The notes beneath the pieces are model-generated. The model was given only the letters and a program-made list of their open reading frames with translations, ran no database searches and had not been told where the DNA came from. The translations under genes and the position numbers were made by a program. Of a DNA stretch of 64,000 nucleotides, positions 20,401 through 29,309 are shown piece after piece (the stretch's first letter is position 1; every line of letters begins with the position of its first letter). The stretch comes from Planctomycetota bacterium (GTDB lineage: Bacteria; Planctomycetota; PLA2; JAEUHO01), in the NCBI GenBank assembly GCA_965222115.1, contig CBDCTJ010000007.1:1728001-1792000 (forward strand), in the 5' to 3' direction.

Positions 20401-22170
20401 CGCGCGAGCTTTGCTTGCGGCAAGTAGTGATTGGATGCGGGGCGACGCGCCGGCCCAACTGGCGTCTTCAATCCACGCCGCAGGCGGCCGGGTGGAGTGC
20501 CCAAGATGAAGCGCAAGGTTCGACAGCGCGCCGCCTTCGGCGATGCTGCCGGGGGCATCGCACGGAAGCGACGAGGCAAGTTGATCGCGTGCCCGCTCAA
20601 GATCGTCTAGCGCGGAGAGCAGTACGTTAATCTTGCGTCGAACGTCGTCCGCCGTGCCTACGCCGAGTTGCGTGAGTCCCACGTGGCGCCACGGATGCTG
20701 CTGGATGGGATCGACGGCACGGTGCAGCGGTACGAGTTCTTCCAACGTGCGTTGGGTCTCTTTGAGCGCACCGCGCGTCGTAGCGAGCGGATCACCCACG
20801 TCAAACGAGCACGGCGGTAAGTGTTGGAGGCGTGCGGCGCGACCAAAGACTTCAAATGCGCTGTACGACGATTCACCGCGGGGCGCATGCAGGGCCTCGA
20901 CGTACGCACGAAGCGTGTCTTGCAATGTTCGCAGTTCATCGAGTCCCGTTGTCTTGTCCGGCGCATCGGGCGCCCACTGCTTCCAGGCCGACGCGAGGCT
21001 TTGCACAATCTCGCGCTTGTTGGCTTTGCGACTATGAACTTCCAAACAAAACGGTCCGAGCCCCGCTTGATCGAGTCGTCGCTTGACGACATTGAGCGCA
21101 GCAATTTTTTCGCTCACGAAGAGCACGCGTTTCCCGCGCGCAAGGCATTCAGCGATAATGTTTGCAATGGTCTGCGACTTGCCGGTGCCGGGCGGTCCTT
21201 GCAGGACAAAGCTCTGGCCACCTCGCGCGGCCAGGATCGCCGCCTGTTGACTGCTGTCGGCCAATAGAATCTGATACGAATCGGCCGGGTCCATCGCGGC
21301 TTCGACGGTGCTTGGCGTTGGCAGGTCCGACGTGCCTTCGCCCATGAGCGAGACCCCTTGGGCGAGACTTTGCACAACCGCATGGGAAGCAACGGCGGCC
21401 TCGTTCTGCAACAGGTCTTGATAGAGCGGGATCTTTGCAAACGAGAACAGGGCGAGCGCCATGTCGTTGGCCACCGACCAACCATCGCGTCCTTTCGCCA
21501 GCGTTTCAAATACCTCGCGCACAACCTGCATGGGATCTTCGCTCTCGGCCCAGCCTTCGGGAAGCGATATGTCGATGCCGAGTTCTTTGCGCAGCTTTAC
21601 GATGAGTGCAGGATTTACGCGTAACTCATCATCAAAAAGTTTGAGTTGGAACGCACCGCGAGCCCCACGCCGTGTTAGCTCGACTGGAATCAGAAGCAGC
21701 GGGGCGCGTAGGGGGCGGGGATCTTCGACAGTCGTAAAGGTGAACATACCAAGTGCGATATGCAGGGTGTTGAACCCCTGTTCCTCCAACATGGCACGGC
21801 TCGACCGAAAGAGGTTGAGCAAGATGCGGTTCATGCGCTCGGATTCAAGATCGCACTGCAACGTGCTGTCGGGCCGAGGCGGCGACGTGTCGTTCGCATC
21901 GCCGGGGGCTTCTGACGTCTCCTTGGTGCTAGGCGACGGGGGCTTGGCGGGCTTACCCGCAAAGGTGTAGCGGCGCCCGTAGATCAGGCGACGGGCGACC
22001 TCGTGGGGGTCCTCTCCCACGAAGTTCAATGTGCTGGCCTTCGTGGCACGGAATGCGAGCAGGCGATTGGCGCGCGAGAGATCGATGAGTTTGTCTCGCC
22101 ACTCAGCAATGCGCTTAGCGACCAGCGGCGGCACAGCCCCAGTCGATGGCGTCGAAGCGTCCTCGGTCAT
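17419..22170 (-). CDS. DUF4011 - SF1 helicase - Vsr/MTES_1575-like nuclease - DUF3320 protein (Hhe-like, putative anti-phage)
   Basis: WRDKLIDLSRANRLL (DUF4011), QGPPGTGKSQT, IFDEASQ, GDSKQLPP, HYRS, VQGDERD, RLNVAVTR, LGWRVLHVWSPDW, C-terminal EAPVH and RVFGFAR winged-helix-like repeats. Confidence 0.85.
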   Translation of the reverse strand: MTEDASTPSTGAVPPLVAKRIAEWRDKLIDLSRANRLLAFRATKASTLNFVGEDPHEVARRLIYGRRYTFAGKPAKPPSPSTKETSEAPGDANDTSPPRPDSTLQCDLESERMNRILLNLFRSSRAMLEEQGFNTLHIALGMFTFTTVEDPRPLRAPLLLIPVELTRRGARGAFQLKLFDDELRVNPALIVKLRKELGIDISLPEGWAESEDPMQVVREVFETLAKGRDGWSVANDMALALFSFAKIPLYQDLLQNEAAVASHAVVQSLAQGVSLMGEGTSDLPTPSTVEAAMDPADSYQILLADSSQQAAILAARGGQSFVLQGPPGTGKSQTIANIIAECLARGKRVLFVSEKIAALNVVKRRLDQAGLGPFCLEVHSRKANKREIVQSLASAWKQWAPDAPDKTTGLDELRTLQDTLRAYVEALHAPRGESSYSAFEVFGRAARLQHLPPCSFDVGDPLATTRGALKETQRTLEELVPLHRAVDPIQQHPWRHVGLTQLGVGTADDVRRKINVLLSALDDLERARDQLASSLPCDAPGSIAEGGALSNLALHLGHSTRPPAAWIEDASWAGASPRIQSLLAASKARAEEIAALQKTYDDGVLALDAERLAKLSRSGGFIVGWFRRRRAKKMLAAQLASGRTKRDVDLPRDVARLVAVKQYNHELDAGDASLLSAFGNEYTGARSDLSHVAKHTTWISQALALTSQTISRTQLANAANAEDKQIFLDASASWTRDADTFVHAMNDVCATLDLDVEARFGHALNDIPIIEVRTFADEASTSTASLPTWVAWHRAAGDASTKGLGEYLDAFEETGAASHRLVDTWFRTFWRAFADRLLSTVDELGSFDATTREKRIERFCELDQQQLTQACTRVARTLRADIPPPTTAATGDSEVSILKREMRKERRHLPTRVLFDRIPRLLRALKPCLMMSPLSVATYLPPGDNELDIVIFDEASQICTEDAIGAIARAKQVVVAGDSKQLPPTRFFTRRFEEDESEALLAGELTDLPSVLDECQAGPLPHVSLRWHYRSLDESLISFSNRHFYENGLVTFPNADRDPAALGISFVHVPDGVFYGGRGGSRTNPIEARAVAKHVFDILTTRPRDSVGVVTFSASQRDAVWDAIDELRADDPSFDHRFDLESNEPVFVKNLESVQGDERDVILFSVGYARNPEGTFRLLFGPLSANGGDRRLNVAVTRSRKQVIVYASIQPEDIALDRTESRGAHLLRAYLETARRGMQGTGWPHPAKRDTKDDGAPEMMRAIVEALAREGHDAVHSVGASAFQVDVAIPEKQRDRFALGLLCDGPGYRDAATSRDRERSRAALLRRLGWRVLHVWSPDWVRTPDACVQAIQRALREPAPQATEPNGPVAINSEGTSTNDTNDEAWLADELQTDDLPGIVDYNAIHLRPQGAAEEFHVVPLHRIRNCVIKVVAKEAPVHQDVAARRLSIAWGMSRVTSKTQTRVQEAIRDAEARGEVERRGSYLWKPGTTSIQPRRPGDGVQRDIEHIAPEEVEAAMLCIVDAHLSLTVEDLLRETGRVFGFARRGSKIGEAVKRATESLIEAGTLIRDVREDEVRLSRPRQR

Positions 22171-22312
22171 CGTTCACTCCTGGTCGCGACGGCAGGCACC
22201 CTACCCCAAATCGGGCTACGCGATGCCGAGGCGCCGTTCCTGCTGGAAACCATAGCCGTCTCGTTGCGAACATGGCCGTTTGGCGATCGACATTTATGCG
22301 TACGATGGCCTT

Positions 22313-24145
22313 ATGGAATCTCAATGGACCCGCATTCTGGCGTTCGCTGCGCTCCTCGTTTTGCTACAGACCGGCGTGGTTTATGGCGAGGAACACAAGT
22401 CGAGCGCCGATCTACCGCCGCCCCCCGCCCTCAAACCGACCGAGCCCGTCATTCCCGGTCGTAAGGGACCGTCCGCCAACGCGATCCCAAGTGAGTCGGG
22501 TCGCAAGGTGGCAGCGCCCGCCGCCGTGGACAAGCGCAACGTCGATTCCGGCAAGGGCCTTCCACCTGCACGCGTCGTTTCCACGGATGAGATACCGACC
22601 TTTCCCGCGCCGGCAGGTAGCTCGGGTGACATTCCAGAAATCGCAACCGGGGACGACGCACCCAACGCAGAGAGCACACCGCCCGGCGCCGACATTCCTG
22701 GCGGATTTCCAGCGAAACCCGCGCCGCGCGTACGGGCGTTTGCGCCGCCACGATCCGCTAAAGAAGACATTCGTCGCGAAGATGTATTGGTGTTTCACAG
22801 TGGGCGTTCGTGGAAGGGATACGTCGCCGAGGAGCGCGGCAATGTCGTGATTTTCGATCGCTATACCGCAAGCGGAGGCAGCGCGCGGCTAACTGTCCCG
22901 CGATCCAAGATTCGTACCATTCGCCGTGGCAAGCGCTTGCTGGATGCACCGGAAGGATCGGAACTCCTGCGTGATGCGTGGTTCCTGCTTCGCACCGATC
23001 GCGGCACGATTGGCACACGCCACTTGATGGTCATTCGCGTCAAGACCCCACGCGTAGATGGCTACCGACTTGCGGAAACGACGTACGAGCTTCCGCAGGG
23101 TCGCCACCTGCCCGCAACCGAAACAAGCACGGTTGAGGTCGTGGATCGACAGTTTCTTCCCAAGTTGATCAACTACCGCGAGCGCACCGTGTTTCGTCCC
23201 GGCCAACACGACAAAGAACGCGAATTTGATCGCCGCGTATCCGGCGTCATTGAAAACGGCGTGTGGAAGAAATTTTCGGGTGTGGGGAGCGACATGGATC
23301 GCGTGGAGGTCAAGGTGCCCGCGGGTACGCGCGCCCGACTTGGCCACCGAGAGTTCTTATTGCAGAAGACGCCGCGCACATTGGGGTTGGCGGATGCGGT
23401 CGTTTTGGATCCAAGCGTAGAGGGGCTCAGTGAAGTACGCGCGGGATTCGTTGCCATCGCCCCGCGCTATCGTCCCGGCCGACGCGTGAAGTCGTATCGG
23501 GGTGATGAGTTTCATTGGGAGCAAGAGGGCGCGCGCTTGATCTCGTGGTTCCACGAAGACAGCCGACCGCTACGAGAGGAAGTTGCGGAAGGTGTAGTGG
23601 CCATACCAGCAACGGAGGCTCAGTGTCGTGTGGCGATGGGTGAGCAAGAGGCCGTCAAAGGCCAAGTCAAGGGCGTATTGACACTGCCGGAGTGCGGACT
23701 GGGATTCGCGCTTCCGGGTCCCCTTTGGACCTGGAAACCCACGCTCGCACCCGCGAGTCACACCGGATGGCGCGTATTGGGCACCATGAAAAACACCATT
23801 CATGTCGCTGACATCCGCGTTGAGTGGCATCCCGAGGCCGCCACGACGCTGCGTCTAGGTCAGCATGCCGAGGCGTGGTTGCTGCGGCGATTGCGGGGAC
23901 TTGCGCCCAATTTACGTGTCGTCGGACCGCGCACGTCTCTGCCCGCCCTCGTTGCGGCGGGCGCATCTGATGCGTGGCGTTTCGAAGTGGAGGGCACCTT
24001 GCGCGGCGAAACGGTCCACACCATCGCGGTCGTTGTGGACCGCGGTCCCGATCGCGTCGTGATGCTCTGTGCGTGCCCCTCATCGGCACTCAAGCAAGCG
24101 CGGCCCGCCCTGGAGCGGTTTGTTGTGAGTCTGCGTGTACTCTAG
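22313..24145 (+). CDS. Exported hypothetical protein with a Pro-rich linker
   Basis: Signal-like N-terminus (WTRILAFAALLVLLQTGVVYG), Pro-rich stretch, long open frame. Function not recognised. Confidence 0.65.
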   Translation: MESQWTRILAFAALLVLLQTGVVYGEEHKSSADLPPPPALKPTEPVIPGRKGPSANAIPSESGRKVAAPAAVDKRNVDSGKGLPPARVVSTDEIPTFPAPAGSSGDIPEIATGDDAPNAESTPPGADIPGGFPAKPAPRVRAFAPPRSAKEDIRREDVLVFHSGRSWKGYVAEERGNVVIFDRYTASGGSARLTVPRSKIRTIRRGKRLLDAPEGSELLRDAWFLLRTDRGTIGTRHLMVIRVKTPRVDGYRLAETTYELPQGRHLPATETSTVEVVDRQFLPKLINYRERTVFRPGQHDKEREFDRRVSGVIENGVWKKFSGVGSDMDRVEVKVPAGTRARLGHREFLLQKTPRTLGLADAVVLDPSVEGLSEVRAGFVAIAPRYRPGRRVKSYRGDEFHWEQEGARLISWFHEDSRPLREEVAEGVVAIPATEAQCRVAMGEQEAVKGQVKGVLTLPECGLGFALPGPLWTWKPTLAPASHTGWRVLGTMKNTIHVADIRVEWHPEAATTLRLGQHAEAWLLRRLRGLAPNLRVVGPRTSLPALVAAGASDAWRFEVEGTLRGETVHTIAVVVDRGPDRVVMLCACPSSALKQARPALERFVVSLRVL

Positions 24146-24238
24146 CTCATGCAAGTCGCCCGTTTCGTAGGTGGGATGACCTACTTCCGACGCTGCTAGT
24201 GTGGCGTCGATCGATAGCGACCTTGACGATCGAAGGCA

Positions 24239-25588
24239 ATGCCGTTCGAAGGCAATGACGTCGGACGACGAGATTTAGGAACTCAATCCGTGGCAAACGC
24301 GCGTGAGGTAGAAATTGCAAAGCGCCTCCTCACGTCGCGCGTTCTCACCGACGATGTACTTCGTCAGAGTTTTTCGCTTCAGCAGCAGCTTCGCGAGCAG
24401 GGTCGCAACGTAAGTCTTGCACGCGTGTTGTATCACCTGAAGGCACTCCCCGTTGGCAGCCTCGCCGTTCTCGACGCGCCCTCGCCCATCGAGAGTCAAC
24501 CGATTGCCGATTACCGGTTGACGCATGAATTGGGTCAGGGCGGGAGCAGCGTTGTGTATGCGGGCACCTATCAACCCAACGGTTCGCCCATCGCCGCCAA
24601 GTTTCTTGACCCCATCCATGCCCTGCGGCCCGACTTCCTCAGCCGCTTTCGGCAAGAAGCTGAGACGCTCATCGAACTCGAACACGAGAACATCGTGCTC
24701 GGGTATCACGTGGGCAGTGCCACCGACGAAACTACGGGCGGGATCTGGCACTTTTTTACGATGGATCACGTGGAGGGGCTCACCGTTCTCGAGGTCATCG
24801 ATCGTCGCGGCTACTTGAGTAACGAAGAAGCGCTTTCCATTACGCTTCAAACGGCTCGTGCATTGTCGTATCTGCACGAATCCGGCTTCCTGCATCGCGA
24901 CATTAAGCCCGGTAACATCATGATCGAGGAAAACGGGCGTGCTCGCATGATCGATCTTGGCCTGAGCCGCCGACTTGCTTCAGAGGATGCAGAGGAAGGC
25001 ACCGAGGCAGCCGGCGAAGAAATGACCGTGGGAACGATGGAATATGTGTCGCCTGAGCAAGCACGGGGCCGCTCCGACTTGGACCCCCGCAGCGACATCT
25101 ACAGTCTCGGCGTATCGCTCTATCACATGGTCGTTGGCGACATTCCGTTTCATGGTGAGACCGACTACGAGGTGATGGCCAAACAGGTGTTGTCTGCTAT
25201 GGATACACAGAAGGTCAAACTGCGCCGCATTTCCCCGGAAGTGCAGTATTTCATTACGCGCATGATGCTGAAGGATCGCGAGGACCGCTATGGCACGGTG
25301 GCCGACGTCATGCAGGACATTGAGGGCTATTTGCCCGACGAATACGTGCCCGTAGATTTTGGCGACGAACCTCCGCCAACGGTCGAGCCTGTGCAGCCGG
25401 TAGCGCCCATCCGGGACGTTCCTTCCGTGAAGCCCATCAAGTCGGTGAAGCCCATCGAACCGATCGATTCCGCGAAGTCGGAGTCGCCGCGCTCAAGCAA
25501 GGCACCCACGCGACGATCCGGAAGCAGTCCCACGCGCAAGCGTGGTCAGGGGAAGGGGCGCCGCGGGACGCCTCGGCGGCGTCGATGA
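24239..25588 (+). CDS. Cytoplasmic Hanks-type Ser/Thr protein kinase with a basic C-terminal tail
   Basis: LGQGGSSVVY, AAK, HRDIKPGN, DLG, GTMEYVSPEQ, SDIYSLG. No TM helix seen. Confidence 0.93.
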   Translation: MPFEGNDVGRRDLGTQSVANAREVEIAKRLLTSRVLTDDVLRQSFSLQQQLREQGRNVSLARVLYHLKALPVGSLAVLDAPSPIESQPIADYRLTHELGQGGSSVVYAGTYQPNGSPIAAKFLDPIHALRPDFLSRFRQEAETLIELEHENIVLGYHVGSATDETTGGIWHFFTMDHVEGLTVLEVIDRRGYLSNEEALSITLQTARALSYLHESGFLHRDIKPGNIMIEENGRARMIDLGLSRRLASEDAEEGTEAAGEEMTVGTMEYVSPEQARGRSDLDPRSDIYSLGVSLYHMVVGDIPFHGETDYEVMAKQVLSAMDTQKVKLRRISPEVQYFITRMMLKDREDRYGTVADVMQDIEGYLPDEYVPVDFGDEPPPTVEPVQPVAPIRDVPSVKPIKSVKPIEPIDSAKSESPRSSKAPTRRSGSSPTRKRGQGKGRRGTPRRRR

Positions 25589-26646
25589 CGGTGCCCACCG
25601 ACGCGTCACAACCACATGATGCGTCATCGCAAGACAATCCTTCGGTGGCCGAACCGCCTTGGTACGCCGATGGTGTTCAGTTTCGATGCACGGCGTGTGG
25701 CGTGTGTTGCACCGGAGAGCCCGGTTACGTATGGGCGACCCGCGAAGAGATTGCGCGCATGGCCAAGGTCAAAGGGCTGTCCACGCCGGCATTCATGCGT
25801 CGCTTCGTACGGCGCGCGAAAGGCAAGTTGTCGCTCACCGAACGCGAAAACGGCGACTGCATCATGCTCGAAGAGGGGCGCTGCACGGTCTACAGCGCGA
25901 AACCCGCTCGCTGTACATCGTTTCCGTTTTGGCCCGATATTATGGATGCAGCGAGTTCGTGGAATGAAACTGCGACCACATGCGAGGGCGTGGGGCAGGG
26001 CGATCTCTATACACGCGACGAAATCGACGCGCTACTCGTCGGCAACACGTCCATCATGCTTGACAAACACAAGCGACCCCCGGAGTCGCCTGTAACGAGT
26101 CGTTATCCCCACACGGGCTTTCCTCCGCCCGATGAGCCCGATGCATCCACCGACGCTGCAAACGAACCTACGCTTCCGTGCCCTCGTATCGAAGCTCACA
26201 AGGACGTGGACTGGAAGGCCGCACTATCGGCGTTGATCGAACTCTATGAACAGTTGGACGCCGAGTTGCCGCATTGGGAGTTTACCTGTTCCGCGAGCGG
26301 ACGTTGTTGCGACTTCGAGGCCTATGGGCATCGACTGTACGCAACCACGCTCGAAGTGGTCTATTTTTATCGCGACGAACTGTTTGAGTCGTCGCAGGCG
26401 CCCGTCGTTCACACGGACGACTCGCTCTGTCCAGCATGGCGATCGGATCGACTCTGTCATGCGCGCGCGGGCCGCATGCTCGGATGCCGTACCTATTTTT
26501 GTGGTCCTTACCCGCGCGGTGTTCCCGAGGACTTGCACGGCGGGTATCACGACCGCATTCGTGAGCTTCACAGTCGATTTAAAATCCCCTACGCCTACGC
26601 AGACATCCGCGCGTGGGCTGCGCGTATGGCGCATTCTGTGGGTTAG
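25585..26646 (+). CDS. YkgJ-family cysteine-cluster protein with two Cys-cluster domains
   Basis: FRCTACGVCC...C...CTVY..KP.RC.SFPFW, then a second FTCSASGRCC...CP...C..R..R.LGCRTYFC. Overlaps the kinase stop (ATGA). Confidence 0.8.
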   Translation: MTVPTDASQPHDASSQDNPSVAEPPWYADGVQFRCTACGVCCTGEPGYVWATREEIARMAKVKGLSTPAFMRRFVRRAKGKLSLTERENGDCIMLEEGRCTVYSAKPARCTSFPFWPDIMDAASSWNETATTCEGVGQGDLYTRDEIDALLVGNTSIMLDKHKRPPESPVTSRYPHTGFPPPDEPDASTDAANEPTLPCPRIEAHKDVDWKAALSALIELYEQLDAELPHWEFTCSASGRCCDFEAYGHRLYATTLEVVYFYRDELFESSQAPVVHTDDSLCPAWRSDRLCHARAGRMLGCRTYFCGPYPRGVPEDLHGGYHDRIRELHSRFKIPYAYADIRAWAARMAHSVG

Positions 26647-26784
26647 GTGATGGACGTCGTCTCTGCCTAGGAACTCTCCTTCCCCGCCCGTGTCTAATGG
26701 CGGGTACTCAGCAGCGGCCCCAGGAACTTCGCGTCTCACGTTGACGCCCATTCTGAGGGTGCGCCGCCTCTAGTGGAGAATCCC

Positions 26785-29100
26785 ATGTCGATCTCGCGCG
26801 CCCTCACGCTCGTTTTCTTAGCTTCCGTCACCGCTGTTGGTGTGGCCATTGCCCCGAATGCCATGGCCAATGGCATTCTAATTTCGTCTCGTCCGGGTAT
26901 GACGCCACCGCATGTGATTCGTCCCCCGCATCGGCACATTCGGCGACCCAGGCCGCTCGTCACGCTGGAAGAACACAAGGTAAGCGCCACCATCGATGGG
27001 CGTGTCGCCAGCGTTACAGTCGAGCAAGTGTTTCGCAATCACAGTGGGCGTCAACTGGAAGGGACGTATCTCTTTCCGCTTCCCAAAGGTGCGTCGGTCA
27101 GTCAGTGGTCAATGACCATGTTCGGCAAGATGGTTCACGGCGAAATCATGGAGGCCAAGAAGGCGCGTCAAATCTATCAAGACATTGTGTCGCGTCGCCG
27201 CGATCCCGGGTTGCTCGAGTACATGGGTCGCGGGCTGTTCCGTGCGCGCGTGTTTCCGATTGAGCCTCACAAGACCACCACCATTCGTTTGACATTCCAG
27301 CAAGTGCTCACCGAAGACGCGGGCACGATGGAGTTTCGCTATCCGCTTGCTACGGACAAAATGAACGCAACGCCTGTAAAGAGCGTCGTCGTCAACATGA
27401 ATGTGCAGAGCGACGTTCCCCTTACGGCGATTTATAGCCCGAGCCACAATATCGACGTCAAGAAGGACGGTGACAAGAAGGCGGTGGTGAGCTACGAGCG
27501 CGGCGGTCGCAAACAAGCGCGCGACCTCGTCGTCTACTTCACCAAGAGTTCCGATGCGGTTGGCTTCTCAATGCAGAGCACCAAGGGCGTGGGCACCGAT
27601 GGCACGTTTATGGCCGTGCTTGCTCCCAAGACCGAAGTCGCGGTGGGCGATCTCGTACCCAAGGACGTTGTCTACGTGCTGGACACGAGCGGTTCCATGG
27701 CCGGCAAGAAGATCGAGCAGGCGCAGGCAGCCCTCGCATACGGCGTATCGTTGCTGCGTCCCGAAGATCGATTCAATGTGATGACGTTTTCCGTAGAAGC
27801 GCGTCCGTGGGTGGATGCACTCCAGCCGGCCAACAAGGAGACCAAGACGGCGGCCACCCAGTGGATTCGCGAGCAGCGCGCAGCCGGCGGAACCAATATC
27901 GACGACGCACTATCCAAAGCGCTTGCGCTGCGCAGCGGAGATCGCCTGTTCATGGTGGTGTTCATCACCGACGGTCGTCCCACGGTAGGTGAGGTGCGAA
28001 CCGACGCGCTCGTGAAGAAGGTCAAGTCGCAGAACAATGCCAACACACGTGTATTCACCTTTGGCGTGGGCCACGACTTGGATGTGGCGCTACTTGACAA
28101 GATCGCCGAGGCAACCCGCGCCGCGCGCGACTACGTTCAGCCGGGTGAAGACATTGAGGTGGTGACGGGGCGTTTCTTCCGCAAGGTCGAACAACCTGTG
28201 CTTACCAACGTGCGCATCGACTTCGGTAGTGACACGCGCGATGTATATCCCAAGACCATGCCCGACTTCTTCGCCGGGAGCCAGTTGACCGTCTTCGGGC
28301 GCTACACCAAGCCCGGCGCGCGGACGGTGCGCGTGCGCGGAAAGATCGGCAATCGTGAAGTCACCTACGAGTATCAGACCGAGCTCAAGGCCGATGGCAA
28401 GCGCGGTAAGTATCTTCCTCGCCTCTGGGCACATCGCAAAGTTGCGTACATGCTCGACGAGATTCGCCTAAACGGTGAGAACAAGGAACTCGTGAATGAG
28501 ATTGTGCGGCTCGCGAAGAAGCACGCGATTGTTACGCCGTACACCGCAGGACTTGTCGTAGAAGAAAGCGAACTCGGCGTACTTCGCGACGACCGCCGTC
28601 GCCAGGCAGACGCCGGCTCTCCGATGGATCGTCCCACTACGGGCGCCGGTGGTTTCCGTGGTGGTGGACTACCCGCACCGGCCGCCTCGCCGAACTCTCC
28701 GGGCAGTACTTCGGCTCCGGCTGGATCGAAGGCCAAGGACAGCAAGCGCATCGATCGTCTCCGCAAGTCGGCGGCGGAAGAAGTGGATGAAGAAGCCGGT
28801 GATGATCAGGATGGTCTGCGCAGCGTGCGCGAACGTGTTCGCCATGCGGCCGGCAAGTCGTTCACCCTCGAATCCCGCGGTCGTATGAACAATCAGCAGT
28901 TCGTCTGGATCGATTCGGCCTACAAACAGGGCACGTGGCCCAAGGATCACAAGCCCACCAAGATCGTGTCTTTCTCCAAGGCCTACTTCGACCTCGTCGC
29001 CAAGAGCGAAGACATCGCCAAGATCCTCGCCGTCGGCGAGCGCATCGTGTTCGTCTTCGACGGCGTCGTCTACGAAGTCGCCCCCGCCCAAACCAAGTAA
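26785..29100 (+). CDS. Exported VIT (vault inter-alpha-trypsin) + vWA domain protein
   Basis: Signal peptide, EGTYLFPLP...DPGLLEY, MIDAS DTSGSM...GGT...ITDG, RLWA..KV, IVTPYT. GGAGA RBS. Confidence 0.92.
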   Translation: MSISRALTLVFLASVTAVGVAIAPNAMANGILISSRPGMTPPHVIRPPHRHIRRPRPLVTLEEHKVSATIDGRVASVTVEQVFRNHSGRQLEGTYLFPLPKGASVSQWSMTMFGKMVHGEIMEAKKARQIYQDIVSRRRDPGLLEYMGRGLFRARVFPIEPHKTTTIRLTFQQVLTEDAGTMEFRYPLATDKMNATPVKSVVVNMNVQSDVPLTAIYSPSHNIDVKKDGDKKAVVSYERGGRKQARDLVVYFTKSSDAVGFSMQSTKGVGTDGTFMAVLAPKTEVAVGDLVPKDVVYVLDTSGSMAGKKIEQAQAALAYGVSLLRPEDRFNVMTFSVEARPWVDALQPANKETKTAATQWIREQRAAGGTNIDDALSKALALRSGDRLFMVVFITDGRPTVGEVRTDALVKKVKSQNNANTRVFTFGVGHDLDVALLDKIAEATRAARDYVQPGEDIEVVTGRFFRKVEQPVLTNVRIDFGSDTRDVYPKTMPDFFAGSQLTVFGRYTKPGARTVRVRGKIGNREVTYEYQTELKADGKRGKYLPRLWAHRKVAYMLDEIRLNGENKELVNEIVRLAKKHAIVTPYTAGLVVEESELGVLRDDRRRQADAGSPMDRPTTGAGGFRGGGLPAPAASPNSPGSTSAPAGSKAKDSKRIDRLRKSAAEEVDEEAGDDQDGLRSVRERVRHAAGKSFTLESRGRMNNQQFVWIDSAYKQGTWPKDHKPTKIVSFSKAYFDLVAKSEDIAKILAVGERIVFVFDGVVYEVAPAQTK

Positions 29101-29111
29101 CCCAACCCCTC

Positions 29112-29309
29112 ATGCGCCACAAAAGCCTGGCTTTTGTGGCGCATCGCCATGCTCGGGTGTGCGCCAGAAATACCAGGTATTGTTGGCTCGCGCCGCATAG
29201 GGCTGTCGCCAGAAATACCAGGTATTGTTGGCTCGCGCCGCATAGGGCTGTTACTTCGCTTTTTGCCTTTCGAACACGTGCGCCACAGATACCAGGTATC
29301 TTTGGCGCA
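29112..29309. repeat. Cluster of four REP-like palindromes centred on CCWGG, including an exact 45-bp tandem duplication
   Basis: Perfect 16-bp arms at 29112-29144, identical units at 29162-29206 and 29207-29251, near-perfect palindrome at 29279-29309. Confidence 0.85.

Noticed and set aside
29162-29251. Possible mini CRISPR array
   Set aside because: Two identical abutting 45-bp units with no unique spacers, and no cas genes in the window.
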